A program made the translations under genes and the position numbers. 64,000 bases of DNA from Trichosphaerium sp. ATCC 40318 (lineage: Eukaryota > Protista > Tubulinea): positions 78,108 through 142,107 of the forward strand of contig JALMLS010000122.1 of the NCBI GenBank assembly GCA_038496445.1, in the 5' to 3' direction. Positions 60,558 to 64,000 of the stretch are shown here, in pieces. The number at the start of each line of letters is the position of its first letter. Position 1 is the first letter of the stretch. The notes below the pieces were generated by a model. That model was not told where the DNA came from. It ran no database searches and saw only the letters and a list, made by a program, of their open reading frames with translations.

Positions 60558-63228
60558 ATGGGTAAGAAACTGTTATGTTGCGGCGTTTTTGCTGTAATTA
60601 TCGGATTGTCCATTCCTCTTCTGTACCAAATGTATCAAGTACGCCAACTGTCTAGTTTACGCCCTGTGAGCCTGATAGTCATTGTTAGACTTCGCATTGG
60701 GCAGAAAAGCGCTGGCATCGTTGTTCAAGCCTTGGTGTACCGTACTTACTCGCAAAACGCTCTTGGCTACGCTCCAACGCTATTTTCGACGCGCCAACGA
60801 TTGATAACACCAAACGGTTTCCTTTACCTCAAAAACCAGGAAATAAAGGCTACAAACACCGCGTAACAACTGGACACTTCAACGCTCCCAGTACGCAAAA
60901 AACAGACGAAATCAGAGAAAAAAACCACCAAACGACACTCTTTAGTTTGAAAGCATTTTTATCGTTCTTGCTTGTGGTTCATTCTAATCTCATATTCCCG
61001 AAAACAAAAAAAAATCAGTCTGATTTTTGGGTTTAAAACAGCCCGAATTGACGTTTTTATGACTTAATTTGGTTTAGATAACAAGTTTATGGGTGCTGTT
61101 GGTCAACCTCTTGCTCGTAATTCAAATATATCTGGAATGCCGCGAGTAAACTTGGACATTAACGACCCAAGCCCTAAAAAAGTAGCTGAGGCATTTTTAC
61201 ATCGGAAGAAAAACTTTGACGATCCTTCTTTAAGTACTGATATTGCGAACCTATGGGCTGCTGCTTGGATACAATTTATGATACACGATTGGGTACCAGC
61301 TCATTTGGTTGATAAAACAAGTTTCCTAAAGGTGGACGGGTACGCCAAAGACTTCTTAAGTCTTTCAGTTTTTTGTTATTAAATTTCTCTTTCTAGCAGG
61401 GACATGCTCTTCACGACTGAGTTAACTGATGAGAATGACGGAATTCCAGCTTATAGTAATAAGGTACTATTAAAGACAAAATTTGATCATAAAAATACAC
61501 GTGCTAAGCACGTGACTTCAAAGGCACCACATTGGTGGATGGGATCTCAGATTTATGGTACAAGTATAGAACAAGAGAAATCTCTTCGGTCACTTACTGA
61601 TGGAAAAATGCGTGTAACAAAGAACTATATGCCTCTAGACCCAGATACAAATCTTGAACTTGTTGGTGCGGGTAGTCCAAACCTTTGGTTTGGTTTAACA
61701 ATGCTACACTATATCTTCTTGCTTGAGCACAACCAGATATGTGATATGCTCAAAGAGAATAACCCATCTTGGGATGATGAAAGACTTTTTCAAATAGCGC
61801 GTCTTATCAATACAGCGCAGATAGCAAAGATTCATACTATAGATTGGACTACTGCTATTGTACAAGTGAGTTGATTTAACATGTTTTTTTGAAATTAGCA
61901 CGTGATTTACACGTGGGTTCGAAGAGGTTTTTTTTTTCTGATTTTTTTTATTTATTAAGCATCCAACTGGTCGTTTTGCTCAACACACTTTGTGGTCTGG
62001 ATTTCTTGGAGGTTTATTACCTTCCCTTGCTGAGAAACGTAAAAGCTTGGGTCCTCTTGATAATTCTTTGATGTGGGGTATTCCCTCCTCAGAGCAAAAT
62101 ACACAAGGAGTAAACTTTGCGCACACTGAAGAGTTTGTAAGGTGTGTTTAAAGAAGTGTTTTCCATCACCTTTCCTTCTTTTCTATGCTTCCATGGTAAC
62201 GCTTATTTTTTTAAATAGCGTATATCGCTTCCATGCTCTTTTACCAGATGTCTTCAAACTTGTATCTCATAAAGGCAACCATGAGAAGATAAAGGTAAGT
62301 TCTGCTTTTTTTTTTCTTTGAATTATTTTATTTCGCAATTTATTTTGGTTAAACTTTGAGTGTAGGATGTTAAAGCGGAAGACTTTATTATGTACAAATC
62401 CTATTTACTCAATACAAAACATCAAATAGATACTATTTACTCTCTTGGAGTTCATAGAGTCGGTCAACTGTCTCTACACAACTACCCTAAATTCTTAACA
62501 AATCTAAAAGTACCCGCACTAAAGGATGCCATTGATATGGCTGCTGTAGATATTGTCCGTGACCGCGAAAGAAAGGTAAAGCTAATCTATACCTAGCACA
62601 TTAATACACTAAATAATCGAGAATAACATGAACTCAGAAAGTTCACAAGAAACGATTTTTTCGATTTAACTCTTACTTTTTTCTTTTCTCGTCTTTTTTT
62701 TGTACTTGTCTAGTTACCTAACATAAAGTTTTCGTTTAGACACCTCGGTTTAATGATGTAAGGAGAGCTCTTGGATTACAGCCGCTAAAATCATATGAAG
62801 AACTCACTAGAGATAAAGATGATATCGAAACTCTGAAGGAAGTTTACGGCAAAGATGGTATAGAAAAAGTTGATTTAATTGTTGGAACTTTAGCTGAATC
62901 TAAAGTCCCTGGATACTTATTCTCTCCTACAATATATGCTTTATTCACAGTACAAACACAAAGACGTATAGAAGCAGATAGGTTCTTTACAGATGATTAT
63001 AATGAAGATGTTTATACAAAGGAAGGTAAACAATGGGTTGAAAGTTCCACTTTTAGAAGTGTTTTATTACGTCACTTTTCAAGTGATCTTTCTTCCTTTT
63101 TACCTCAAGGAAAGAATGCTTTTATGCCTTGGGATAAAGAAACAAAACCTGTATATGAGGATGTATATGGTGATATCTTAAAAACATTTATTTCTTATGA
63201 TTGTTACTTTGGAGAAGCTGACTACTAA
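60558..63228 (+). CDS. Alpha-dioxygenase-like heme protein (peroxidase-cyclooxygenase superfamily) with N-terminal TM
   Basis: NLWAAAWIQFMIHDW (distal His), HWWMGSQIYG, EHNQICD, AKIHTIDWT, TEEFVSVYRFHALLPD (catalytic Tyr + proximal His), DIVRDRER and RRIEADRFF, all characteristic of plant alpha-DOX. Confidence 0.88.
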
Positions 63229-64000
63229 ATAAAAAAAAAACTTCAACATAAAGTTCACCTGATGGTTAAGACATACATTTCTATCAGCAATATTTCGCTA
63301 GACTTGTCTAGCCTTAACAAATCAAGCTTTACATTTCTTTCATACTTGTTGTACTATTTCCTTTCTAAATGGCGTTTGTGTGCCACATACAATTATGTTT
63401 TTGAGAACCTTTGTTTTGGCTAAAAACACTTTAAAGTCGATTTGCAGGAGCTCCATACATTATGTTTGCTTTTTATTATTCTTTGCTTTTGGTACAGAGA
63501 AAGTACTATGTATTGATAGCAAAAAGACTGAAGAAAGTTGTTGCTAAACCACTACCATCAATGTCACTGAAGTTTTAGTTTGAATCAGAATCAGAGTCCA
63601 CCCATCTACCATGCTCAAATACTTGTATTATTAACCTTTCCTTTCACAAACGACTGGGTAGATATCAATGTTGAAAACCTTTCAATGCAGTGAAACAAAC
63701 TCGAATAGTATTGGACTAATCAATCTTGAATACACCAGCCAATGCTTAGCTTGAGGTTTGTTATTTTTACTTTACTGTATACCCTACAATTGCAAATGAT
63801 AGAATGAAGGTATTTACAGCTTTGAGCTGCTGAGAAACGGGCTGTTGTCGTATTAGTTAAAATACACGCCAAAACCTAAATAGGTGGCTGAGCTGGGCGT
63901 TTAAACAGGCTATGCAGTCCAAAAAATTCTTGACCGATTCTTGTTGACAATTGTCGCTTACGTCGCCAACCTTCCGTACTCCAAACACATAAAACCTTGT

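Noticed and set aside
1-64000. Poly-T/poly-A runs as terminators; window as bacterial or viral DNA
   Set aside because: The runs are intronic or UTR tracts; spliceosomal introns and Nup210/Rpn13/STAT show a nuclear eukaryotic genome, with no capsid, polymerase, integrase or transposase.

Overview
AT-rich, intron-dense eukaryotic DNA from a unicellular eukaryote, most likely an amoebozoan (inferred from a Dictyostelium-type STAT). Introns are short GT-AG with frequent GTACGT/GTAAGT donors and poly-T tracts, plus a few GC-AG. The supplied ORFs are mostly single exons or antisense shadows, so gene models were rebuilt by hand and boundaries are approximate. Genes in order: PAK/STE20 kinase (5'-partial), decayed OSCA/TMC-like channel containing a 545-bp foldback, Rpn13, a secreted SLOG-fold protein, an intronless F-box/MORN protein, Nup210, a SMYD-type SET protein, an integrin-alpha-like FG-GAP membrane protein, an F-box/ubiquitin-like protein, two small membrane proteins, two intact intronless F-box-LRR genes plus three decayed relatives, a GPI-type surface protein, STAT, a JmjC oxygenase, an RGS-DEP protein, a fused bacterial-type hydantoinase A+B gene and a plant-type alpha-dioxygenase. 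Most notable: (1) a dispersed, rapidly turning-over family of intronless F-box adaptors with hypervariable 21-22 aa LRR or MORN arrays, with a hairpin just upstream of each intact copy; (2) an apparently independent eukaryotic fusion of a bacterial HyuA/HyuB-type gene pair; (3) long hairpins and a strong excess of CACGTG. No rRNA, tRNA, CRISPR array or transposase was seen.
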